A DNA stretch of 64,000 nt from contig JAOAHE010000003.1 in the NCBI GenBank assembly GCA_026415415.1, positions 1,624 to 65,623 of the forward strand. The letters run 5' to 3'. The notes beneath the pieces were generated by a model. That model made no database searches, had not been told where the DNA came from, and saw only the letters and a program-made list of their open reading frames with translations. Position numbers and translations under genes: made by a program. Each line of letters opens with the position of its first letter. The stretch's first letter is position 1. Source of the DNA: Thermodesulfovibrionales bacterium. Lineage in GTDB: Bacteria > Nitrospirota > Thermodesulfovibrionia > Thermodesulfovibrionales > Dissulfurispiraceae. This document shows positions 56,617-64,000 of this stretch, in pieces.

Positions 56617-58170
56617 ATGAATTTATTGACGGCTTATTTAATCACGTTTATTGCAAGTTTTTGCATCCTTGTAATCGAGATTGTTGCTGGAAGACTTCTT
56701 GCACCATTTGTAGGTGTATCACTTTATACCTGGACAAGCATTATAGGAATTGTATTAGCTGGGATAAGCTTAGGAGCTTATTTAGGAGGTAAAATAGCAG
56801 ATAGATTCCCTGGTGGCAAAACTTTAGCATGGCTTTTGGTCATTTCAGGAATGTCAACCCTTCTTATTCCTCCTATGACGAATATAGTAGCTGCTCAACA
56901 GTTCCCTGTATCCTTAATGTTAAGAATTGTAATAGTGACGACAATTATCTTCATAATACCCAGTTGCCTTTTAGGTATGATTTCTCCAGTTGTAGTAAAG
57001 CTTGCTATTAAGAATCTTGAAAGGGTTGGGAATGTGGTAGGTAAAATTTATGCTTTTTCCACGCTTGGCTCTATAATAGGCACTTTCGCTGCTGGTTTCT
57101 TCTTTATATCATTTATGGGTGCAAGAAACGTAATATTACTTATGGGAGCTATTCTTATTTTTACGGGACTTTTATATGGTGCTCTTTTTATATCAAAAAG
57201 AACAGCTATAAGTTTAATTCTCATACCTGCCCTTCTAATATTTGGTATCTACGACATCGCTATAAAACCACCTTTATCAGCGGAGACCTATTATTACACA
57301 GAAAGTGATTACTATACTATTAAAGTAAAAAGAACTACCTCTTCAGATGGAGAGACTCCTCTTGAGGCTCTCATTCTTGATAACCTTACTCACTCATATG
57401 TTAACTTACAAAACCCTCTTCATATTGAGTATAAATATGAGAGAATTTACTCTGATGTACTTAAATGGAAATTCAACAGAGAGCAGTCCTTCAAAACCCT
57501 TACGATCGGAGGTGGTGGTTATACCTTTCCAAGATATCTGGAGGTCTATTACCCTAACTCAGTTATAGATGTTGTTGAGATAGATCCTGAGGTAACAAAG
57601 GTTACTTATAAATTTCTTGGGCTTCCAAAAGACACCCGGATAAAATCTTACAATACTGATGGAAGATGGTTTGTTATGCAAACTAAAGAGAAATATGATG
57701 TAATATTCGTTGATGCTTATAATGATCTATCCATTCCCTATCACTTGACTACCAAAGAGTTTGCCCAATTACTAAAAGAGAGAATGAATCCTGGGGGTAT
57801 TCTACTTACAAATATTATTGATAACTTTCAGCGTGGTTCTTTCTTACCATCTTATATAAATACTGTAAGATCAGTATTTGGAGAAGATAATGTCTTTCTG
57901 CTGTCTATAAGCCCAAATTTTCAAGATATTGGGATCAGTACTTTTATAGTTTTAGCAAGTAATGGAAAGTTTGATATAGAAAAATTTCAGTCCTATGTTA
58001 AAGAATATCTCAAATCAGATGCTACCGCCTCTGTTGTCCCAGAGTATATGATAAAGAATTTCCTTAATAGACAAAAGACTATATTGCTTACTGATGATTA
58101 TGCCCCTGTTGATAATTTAATAGCTCAGGTTTTTGAAGAGAGATTTGGTTACAATAGAAGAAACCGCTAA
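56617..58170 (+). CDS. Membrane-fused spermidine-synthase-like (aminopropyl/methyltransferase-fold) protein
   Basis: The N-terminal ~210 aa have about seven TM segments. The C-terminal domain carries GGGGYTFPRYL, VVEIDPEV, and VDAYND (spermidine synthase fold). 517 aa. Confidence 0.75.
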   Translation: MNLLTAYLITFIASFCILVIEIVAGRLLAPFVGVSLYTWTSIIGIVLAGISLGAYLGGKIADRFPGGKTLAWLLVISGMSTLLIPPMTNIVAAQQFPVSLMLRIVIVTTIIFIIPSCLLGMISPVVVKLAIKNLERVGNVVGKIYAFSTLGSIIGTFAAGFFFISFMGARNVILLMGAILIFTGLLYGALFISKRTAISLILIPALLIFGIYDIAIKPPLSAETYYYTESDYYTIKVKRTTSSDGETPLEALILDNLTHSYVNLQNPLHIEYKYERIYSDVLKWKFNREQSFKTLTIGGGGYTFPRYLEVYYPNSVIDVVEIDPEVTKVTYKFLGLPKDTRIKSYNTDGRWFVMQTKEKYDVIFVDAYNDLSIPYHLTTKEFAQLLKERMNPGGILLTNIIDNFQRGSFLPSYINTVRSVFGEDNVFLLSISPNFQDIGISTFIVLASNGKFDIEKFQSYVKEYLKSDATASVVPEYMIKNFLNRQKTILLTDDYAPVDNLIAQVFEERFGYNRRNR

Positions 58171-58206
58171 TATTTTTTTGAAAGAATAACATTTTATGAG
58201 AAAAAA

Positions 58207-58866
58207 GTGAGCTCTTTTTTTACATCCCTTTTTTTTGTAATCTTAGCTGAGATAGGCGACAGAACCCAACTTTTAGCTATATGTTTTGCAACCAGATATA
58301 ATTGGACAACAGTAATATGGGGAGTTTTCTGGGCAACAGCAGTGAATCATTTATTAGCTGTTGCCTTAGGTAATTATTTGACATATCTCTTCCCTATGAA
58401 TTATATCAAAATAGCTTCCTCGGTAGGGTTCATTATTTTCGGTTTGTGGACTTTAAGAGGAGATGAGATAAGCTGTGATACTCAACAAAGGTTTAAGCTT
58501 AATCCTTTCTGGACTGTTTTTATAGCCTTTTTTATTGCTGAAACTGGGGATAAAACACAACTTGCAACTATAGCATTAGCAGCAGATTTTAATACCTTTT
58601 TTCCTGTCTGGTTAGGTACAACCTTAGGGATGGTTATAGCAAACGCCTTTGGTATAATAGCAGGTTTGCTTATGGGTAAGAGAATTCCTGCAAGATTTAT
58701 AAAATGGGTTGCTGCATTTATTTTTATTGTTTTTGGCTTACTAAGTCTTTATGATTCAGTACCCTCTCATTTTCAAAAAATACCATATATAATACTCGCC
58801 TTACTATTCACGGGTGCTTTAATTTATGCTGTAAACTATCTAAATAGAAAAAAAGCATTAAGATGA
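58207..58866 (+). CDS. UPF0016 / GDT1 (TMEM165) family cation transporter
   Basis: Two internal repeats, each with the E-x-G-D-(K/R)-T-Q motif (AEIGDRTQ, AETGDKTQ). GTG start. 219 aa. Confidence 0.8.
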   Translation: MSSFFTSLFFVILAEIGDRTQLLAICFATRYNWTTVIWGVFWATAVNHLLAVALGNYLTYLFPMNYIKIASSVGFIIFGLWTLRGDEISCDTQQRFKLNPFWTVFIAFFIAETGDKTQLATIALAADFNTFFPVWLGTTLGMVIANAFGIIAGLLMGKRIPARFIKWVAAFIFIVFGLLSLYDSVPSHFQKIPYIILALLFTGALIYAVNYLNRKKALR

Positions 58867-59933
58867 TAGATATTTTAGATCTTTCGTTTCAAATAAAGAG
58901 AAATTGTGACATTTCCGATGCAAAGTATTGGGGTTATTTTTCTCTTTGCGGGCTTTTATTAAGATTACGACAATTATATAGATCAGAGAAAAACCTCCCT
59001 CCATGGTCGAATATAGAACTAAAGGATATAGGAGAATGGATAAATAATAAAGAAAGCTTATGGGCAAGTCTTGAAAACCAATCTTATAAAAATCTTACCA
59101 TAAATAGCTCTGTTTTTAATCCTTTTGAGATCTCAGAGATTAACTCTTTACTTCTTGAAGAGAAATTTATATATGGTGCAGGGTTAGGCTTATACAAAAA
59201 ACCTTTATTTTTCATAGGGGAACTTTTTTATCAGACAAAGATAGATGATTTTCATATTTACTACGTTAAAAACGAGATAGCCAGAGATCTTTTTGCTTCT
59301 GCAGGGATGTTACAAAATAATGTAATATTTATAAGACTTGATCAGATTAAAACTCTCCTTTGGGAGGTATTCTGTGATTTAAAAGGCAGAAAAAATGACC
59401 TTTTTGAGATGGTCTTCTCTAATTTAGAGATATCAAGTGAAGATACTTTAAGCTCAGAATTTGTTGAAAAATTTGATAATCTTACCATGAATTTTTCTCA
59501 TATCATTCTTGATCATGAGCTTGCAGAGGCTCATGAAGCCTCAGAAAATCTGAGGGAAATTGTCTTATCAACTGAAGATAGAAAAATAGAATATTTCTTA
59601 AGAGATCTTAAAGATAAGATTTCTGATACCTCACCAAAAGGACCTCTTAAAAGAATAATACAGAATCAAGACAAAGCCTCCCTTTGTTTTTATATTTCCT
59701 TACTTGAGATTTATCATAAGGCTTTCTACTCTCATTTAAGAATTGCTTTTGAGGACTTCCTAAGATCCCAGGACTGGTTAATATTAGAGTCTCTTAGGCA
59801 GAAGCTTTACAATCAGAGCCTTAGAGTAAGAGAGAAAATCTTATCAGCCTATAATTTATTTGAAAATTCTAAAGAATTTTATGAGAGACTTAAAGAAATT
59901 ATGATAGATAAAGAGGAAGGCAGTTATGGATGA
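58863..59933 (+). CDS. Hypothetical soluble protein (unknown family), translationally coupled on both sides
   Basis: 356-aa mostly helical ORF. ATGA overlap with the UPF0016 gene and an 8-nt overlap with the downstream methyltransferase. No recognisable catalytic motif. Confidence 0.6.
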   Translation: MIDILDLSFQIKRNCDISDAKYWGYFSLCGLLLRLRQLYRSEKNLPPWSNIELKDIGEWINNKESLWASLENQSYKNLTINSSVFNPFEISEINSLLLEEKFIYGAGLGLYKKPLFFIGELFYQTKIDDFHIYYVKNEIARDLFASAGMLQNNVIFIRLDQIKTLLWEVFCDLKGRKNDLFEMVFSNLEISSEDTLSSEFVEKFDNLTMNFSHIILDHELAEAHEASENLREIVLSTEDRKIEYFLRDLKDKISDTSPKGPLKRIIQNQDKASLCFYISLLEIYHKAFYSHLRIAFEDFLRSQDWLILESLRQKLYNQSLRVREKILSAYNLFENSKEFYERLKEIMIDKEEGSYG

Positions 59934-60546
59934 GCTTTCAAAGGAGTATGTAATCTCTTTTTTTAATACGCAACTAAGTCTTCATGGTGATAAACCTGAA
60001 GCAGTCAGATGGACAAAAAGGGGACAATATCTCCACTACAGAAGTTTATTAGATATTGGAGATATCAAAAGAAGCAAGATACTTGATTTCGGTTGTGGGA
60101 AAGGGGATTTCTACGAATTTCTTAGAGAAAAAGGCATTATTGTTGATTATACAGGTTATGATATTAATGAAAAGTTGATTAGATTAGCTCAAGAGAAATA
60201 TCCTGATTGCAAATTTCAAGTTTTTGATATAGATAAAGAAGAACTTACAGAGGACTTTGATTATATATTTCTTTGTGGGGTGTTTAACCTGAAGGTTCAG
60301 GGTTTAGCAGAAACTATTAAGGATGTCCTTATTAAACTCTTTAAACACTGCAAAATTGCACTTGCTTACAATGGTCTTTCAGCTCATAACCCAAAAAAGG
60401 ATTTTGAACTGTATTATTCATACCCAGAAGATCTGTTTTCTTTTATTGTTAAAAATCTAACCCCTTATGTCTCTGTCAGGCATGATAGAATAAAGTATGA
60501 CTTTACAATCTTTGTTTATAAAGAGCCAAATTTTTTTTCTGGCTGA
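59926..60546 (+). CDS. Class I SAM-dependent methyltransferase
   Basis: Motif I ILDFGCGKGDF, an acidic post-I residue (GYDIN), and motif II-like IFLCGVF. 206 aa. Confidence 0.75.
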   Translation: MDELSKEYVISFFNTQLSLHGDKPEAVRWTKRGQYLHYRSLLDIGDIKRSKILDFGCGKGDFYEFLREKGIIVDYTGYDINEKLIRLAQEKYPDCKFQVFDIDKEELTEDFDYIFLCGVFNLKVQGLAETIKDVLIKLFKHCKIALAYNGLSAHNPKKDFELYYSYPEDLFSFIVKNLTPYVSVRHDRIKYDFTIFVYKEPNFFSG

Positions 60547-60629
60547 TTTTTATGTATAGAAATAAAACTCTTTTACTCATATAGGGTACTAAATGGTACT
60601 TTTTTGTTTTCTCAGTATAAACTATTTGA

Positions 60630-61277
60630 TTAGTTCCTCCTTTCTTTATGTTTTTTGAACTTGCTACGGGAAAACTCTAAGACAGCAGGAATCGCTGATA
60701 CTATTATAATAGTAACAATAACTATAGAAAAGTTTTCTTTTACTACAGGGATATTTCCGAAATAAAATCCACCTAACAAAAAAGTTATAACCCATGCTAA
60801 GCAACCTATTATGTTAAAAAAGGTGAAACGACCGTAGTTCATCCTGCCAATCCCTGCAACAAAGGGTGCGAATGTTCTGAATATGGGAAGGAAACGGGCT
60901 AAAATTACAACTTTACCTCCATGTCTTTCATAAAAAAGTCGGGTGCGATCAAGATATTCTTTGTTAAAGAACCTAACATTTTCTTTATAAAAAATCTTAG
61001 GACCTACAAAATAGCCTATTTGATAATTAACAATATTACCTAAAATGGCTCCAGCACTAATTATTATGAAAATTAAAGAGAGATTAATTATTCCTTGGGC
61101 AGAAAGAGCTCCCAAAGCAAATAGAAGAGAGTCTCCAGGTAGAAAGGGTGTGATTACTACCCCTGTCTCACAAAAAATTACTAAAAAGATTAAGAGGTAT
61201 ATCCAAAAACCGTAATTCTCTATTATTACAAAAAGAAATTTATCTATATTTAGAAAAATATCTATAACTTGATCCAA
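60630..61277 (-). CDS. DedA-family (VTT domain) membrane protein
   Basis: FCETGVVITPFLPGDSLLF and GRMNYGRFTFFN motifs. 215 aa. Confidence 0.85.
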   Translation of the reverse strand: MDQVIDIFLNIDKFLFVIIENYGFWIYLLIFLVIFCETGVVITPFLPGDSLLFALGALSAQGIINLSLIFIIISAGAILGNIVNYQIGYFVGPKIFYKENVRFFNKEYLDRTRLFYERHGGKVVILARFLPIFRTFAPFVAGIGRMNYGRFTFFNIIGCLAWVITFLLGGFYFGNIPVVKENFSIVIVTIIIVSAIPAVLEFSRSKFKKHKERRN

Positions 61278-61284
61278 ACAAAAA

Positions 61285-62487
61285 TTACCCTTTTAAAAAG
61301 TAGTCCATTAGTCTATATCCTTCTTCAAAGAACATAATATCTTTCATATGTTGGATTGATTCACTATATGAGAGTTTTTTATTCTCTGGTAATCTACTAT
61401 CAAAGATAACGAAAGGCACAGGTTCATCAGTGTGTGTTCTTACCCTAAAAGGTGTTGCATGGTCAGGAAGAAGAAGGATACGATAATCTCTAAATTTACT
61501 TTCTAATCCTTTTATTACAGTGCCAACAACTAAGGAATCAAAATCTTCTATAGCCTTAATTTTTAACTTATAATTGCCTGAATGTCCTGCTTCATCTGGG
61601 GACTCCACATGTATATAGGCAATATCCAGCGTGTTTAAGGCTTCTAAGGAGTATTCAGCCTTTCCTAAATAGTTTGTGTCTATCCACCCCGTTACACCTG
61701 GGACATTTAGGATTTGAAATCCAGCATAAATACCAAGTCCTTTTGCTAAATCAACTGCCGATACTAAAGAGCCTGTCAAGTTGTATTTTTCTTTAAAAGT
61801 TGGGATCAAAGGTTTCTTACCTTGTCCCCAAAACCAGAGGCTGTTTGCTGGTTTATTTCCTTTTTTAACTCTATCTTTGTTGATCGGGTGATTTTGTAAA
61901 ATCTCTATGGATTTCTTCATTAAACCTTTTAAAAGTTCGCAACCGTCGCCTATTGGAAGAAAATTTGATATTTCCTTGCCTAAGATATCATGAGGTGGAG
62001 TGCATTTAATACCAACATTTCCATTTTTCCATATCATAAGGTGTCTATAGCTTACGCCTGGGTAGAAAGAGACTTCTGCACTTTCCAGCTCAGATCTTAT
62101 GGCTTCAATAAGGACTTTTGACTCTTCTGTCTTGATATGTCCACTACTGTAATCATCCATGTAAGTGCCGTCTTTTTCAAACCGTAAAGTAACGAGATTA
62201 CATCGGTAAGCTACATCGTTATCCTCTAATTTTACGCCTATACTTGCAGCTTCCAGAGGAGCTCTACCTGTGTAATATTTCTTTGGATCATAGCCTAATA
62301 TACAAAGATTAGCAACATCTGAGCCTGGATGAAAACCATCTGGAATAGTTTTAACCATCCCAATCTTGCCTTTGCTTGCGAGCATGTCCATATTAGGAGT
62401 ATTTGCTATCTGTAAAGGAGTCATGCCGTTTAAATCAGGATCAGGTCTATCAGCCATGCCATCACCAATTAAGATTACATATTTCAA
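61285..62487 (-). CDS. Archaeal-type cofactor-independent phosphoglycerate mutase family protein (ApgM). Its position next to thrC matches the 'proposed homoserine kinase' subgroup
   Basis: VILIGDGMADRP start, PHD.., and HVESPDEAGH metalloenzyme motifs. 400 aa. Ends 10 nt from thrC. Confidence 0.8.
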   Translation of the reverse strand: MKYVILIGDGMADRPDPDLNGMTPLQIANTPNMDMLASKGKIGMVKTIPDGFHPGSDVANLCILGYDPKKYYTGRAPLEAASIGVKLEDNDVAYRCNLVTLRFEKDGTYMDDYSSGHIKTEESKVLIEAIRSELESAEVSFYPGVSYRHLMIWKNGNVGIKCTPPHDILGKEISNFLPIGDGCELLKGLMKKSIEILQNHPINKDRVKKGNKPANSLWFWGQGKKPLIPTFKEKYNLTGSLVSAVDLAKGLGIYAGFQILNVPGVTGWIDTNYLGKAEYSLEALNTLDIAYIHVESPDEAGHSGNYKLKIKAIEDFDSLVVGTVIKGLESKFRDYRILLLPDHATPFRVRTHTDEPVPFVIFDSRLPENKKLSYSESIQHMKDIMFFEEGYRLMDYFLKG

Positions 62488-62496
62488 CTCTTTACC

Positions 62497-63633
62497 TCAT
62501 CTCATCAAATTTATTTTTTTTATCTTACTTTTATGGGTATCTAATAATATTTTTTCTATTATTTTTCTTACCTCTTGAAAGTCATCTTTTACCCTGATTG
62601 CCTGTTCAATAACGCTGAAGACTGTATCTGGGTCTTTCAACCCATGACCCGTTAAAGTGCAAACAATTAAGTCATCTTTTTTGAAAAAACCCTTTTTATA
62701 TAACTTAATCACACCTGCTAATGAGGCGGCAGATGCAGGTTCACAAAAAATACCCTCTGAAGAAGCTATTAGTTTGTATGCTGATAATATCTCTTCATCT
62801 GTTACAGACTCTATGAGCCCATTTGACTGGTTAGCAGCCTCAACAGCTGTTTTCCAACTGGCTGGGTTTCCTATTCTTATAGCTGTTGCTATTGTCTCAG
62901 GGTTAGCTATAGGATGTCCCAATACTATAGGTGCAGCACCAGCTGCTTGAAAACCAAGCATTCTTGGTAAAGACGATATGAGTTTTGCATTATAATACTC
63001 TTTATACCCTTTCCAATATGCTGTAATGTTGCCAGCATTTCCTACTGGTAAGGCATGATATAAAGGTGCAAAACCAAGCTGATCACAAACCTCAAAGGCA
63101 GCTGATTTTTGACCTTCAATTCTAAAGGGATTAATTGAGTTAACAAGGGTTAAAGGATAAGTATCTGCTAATTCTTTAACTATAGATAAAGCCTTATCAA
63201 AATTACCACTAATCTGCAAAACTTGAGAACCATGAACAAGGGCTTGAGCCAATTTGCCCATTGCTATTTTGCCCTCTGGAATCAATACTATAGATTCGAT
63301 TCCAGCTCTTGCTGCATAAGCAGCTGCAGAGGCAGAAGTATTACCTGTTGATGCACATATAACTGCTTTTGAACCAGCCTCTATTGCTTTAGATATAGCG
63401 AGAGTCATACCCCTATCTTTAAATGATCCTGTAGGATTAGCTCCATCAAATTTAAGATAAACCCTTAGTTGGAGTCCAAGGGTTTTTTGTAGGTTTACTG
63501 CTTTGATAAGAGGTGTATTGCCCTCCAAGAGGGTAATAATGGGAGTAGTCTCGCTAATTGGTAAGAAAGCTCTATATTGGTATATTATCCCTTGCCACCT
63601 GTTTCTTGATTCGTTACTTTCTCCTAAGTCCAT
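62497..63633 (-). CDS. thrC: Threonine synthase
   Basis: PLP lysine motif [28 protein letters not shown], and GNAGNI. 378 aa. Confidence 0.93.
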   Translation of the reverse strand: MDLGESNESRNRWQGIIYQYRAFLPISETTPIITLLEGNTPLIKAVNLQKTLGLQLRVYLKFDGANPTGSFKDRGMTLAISKAIEAGSKAVICASTGNTSASAAAYAARAGIESIVLIPEGKIAMGKLAQALVHGSQVLQISGNFDKALSIVKELADTYPLTLVNSINPFRIEGQKSAAFEVCDQLGFAPLYHALPVGNAGNITAYWKGYKEYYNAKLISSLPRMLGFQAAGAAPIVLGHPIANPETIATAIRIGNPASWKTAVEAANQSNGLIESVTDEEILSAYKLIASSEGIFCEPASAASLAGVIKLYKKGFFKKDDLIVCTLTGHGLKDPDTVFSVIEQAIRVKDDFQEVRKIIEKILLDTHKSKIKKINLMR

Positions 63634-63672
63634 TATATCTCCCTACAATATTTGTACTATTATAGAACTCCA

Positions 63673-63909
63673 TTATTCTATAATGTCACCTTCTATCAAC
63701 TCAACAGTAACTCCTCGGCTTCGTAAATACTGAATTGAATCTTCAAGGTTTGCCTCGTTACCTTCAAGCTCAAGAACCATTTCTCCTATAGTCTCGGTGA
63801 CCCTTGCTCTTCTAATATTTGGCATTACATCACAAGTTTTTGCCATGGTAAATATAACAGGTTCTTTTATTAAGTGTTGCGGAAATGTCAATTTTACCCT
63901 CTTTTTCAT
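63673..63909 (-). CDS. Stand-alone NIL-domain protein (ferredoxin-like fold found at the MetN C-terminus)
   Basis: 78 aa. The pattern V.L.F......EPVI........V..NI..A.V......G.MV.EL.G matches the NIL domain as I remember it. Strong SD AGGAGG upstream. Confidence 0.65.
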   Translation of the reverse strand: MKKRVKLTFPQHLIKEPVIFTMAKTCDVMPNIRRARVTETIGEMVLELEGNEANLEDSIQYLRSRGVTVELIEGDIIE

Positions 63910-64000
63910 AAAAGCCTCCTGTAAGAAGTTTTAAATAAATTCCGTACTTAAAACAATATCTACCCTTAATGGCATAAGATTGTTACAACCACCTGCAATA

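Overview
Visibly AT-rich, densely packed bacterial chromosome segment with about 70 CDS, many of them overlapping or translationally coupled. I found no rRNA, CRISPR array, transposase, integrase or phage genes, and one tRNA-Pro(CGG). Gene content points to an anaerobe: O2-independent cbi cobamide genes, a ThiC-paralogue lower-ligand gene, an NrfD/FeS/c7-cytochrome module, TrpB2, and archaeal-type ApgM and RibL-like genes. The lineage cannot be determined from this window. Layout: (1) 0.1-12 kb housekeeping (coaBC-rpoZ-gmk-remA-yicC, PAP2, topA, dprA, argG, ogt, dinG-like). (2) 13.8-27.7 kb, a cobalamin-riboswitch-led cobamide operon covering ThiC/BzaF-like, cobU, cobT, cobS, cobC, cobQ, cbiB, cobD, cbiA, a cbiX-cbiC fusion and cbiMNQO. 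(3) A decayed SMR pseudogene, a HEAT-repeat protein, and a five-gene minus-strand operon of two paralogous small membrane proteins plus NrfD-like, Tat-FeS and triheme cytochrome c. (4) An ABC-2 exporter, nadC and valS, then an iscR-tusA-like-iscS-iscU cluster followed by an atypical receiver protein. (5) HDAC-like, MurC-like, serS, zapBA. (6) A 1062-aa PEP-utilising (dikinase-type) protein with a roughly 500-aa unassigned C-terminal half, convergent with a stand-alone pyruvate-kinase-C-like protein. (7) prmA, queF, trpB2/trpF, spermidine-synthase-like, a UPF0016-unknown-methyltransferase operon, dedA, and apgM-like/thrC/NIL. Strongest leads: the IscS/NifS homologue has Gln in place of the PLP Schiff-base lysine (checked at codon level); the ThiC paralogue behind a B12 riboswitch is probably a 5-hydroxybenzimidazole synthase, with a candidate BzaC-like O-methyltransferase divergent from it; the giant dikinase-like protein carries a lectin-like C-terminus; and the catalytic-subunit-less NrfCD/c7 module carries two duplicated small membrane proteins. 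All homology calls come from motif recognition by eye, with no searches run.
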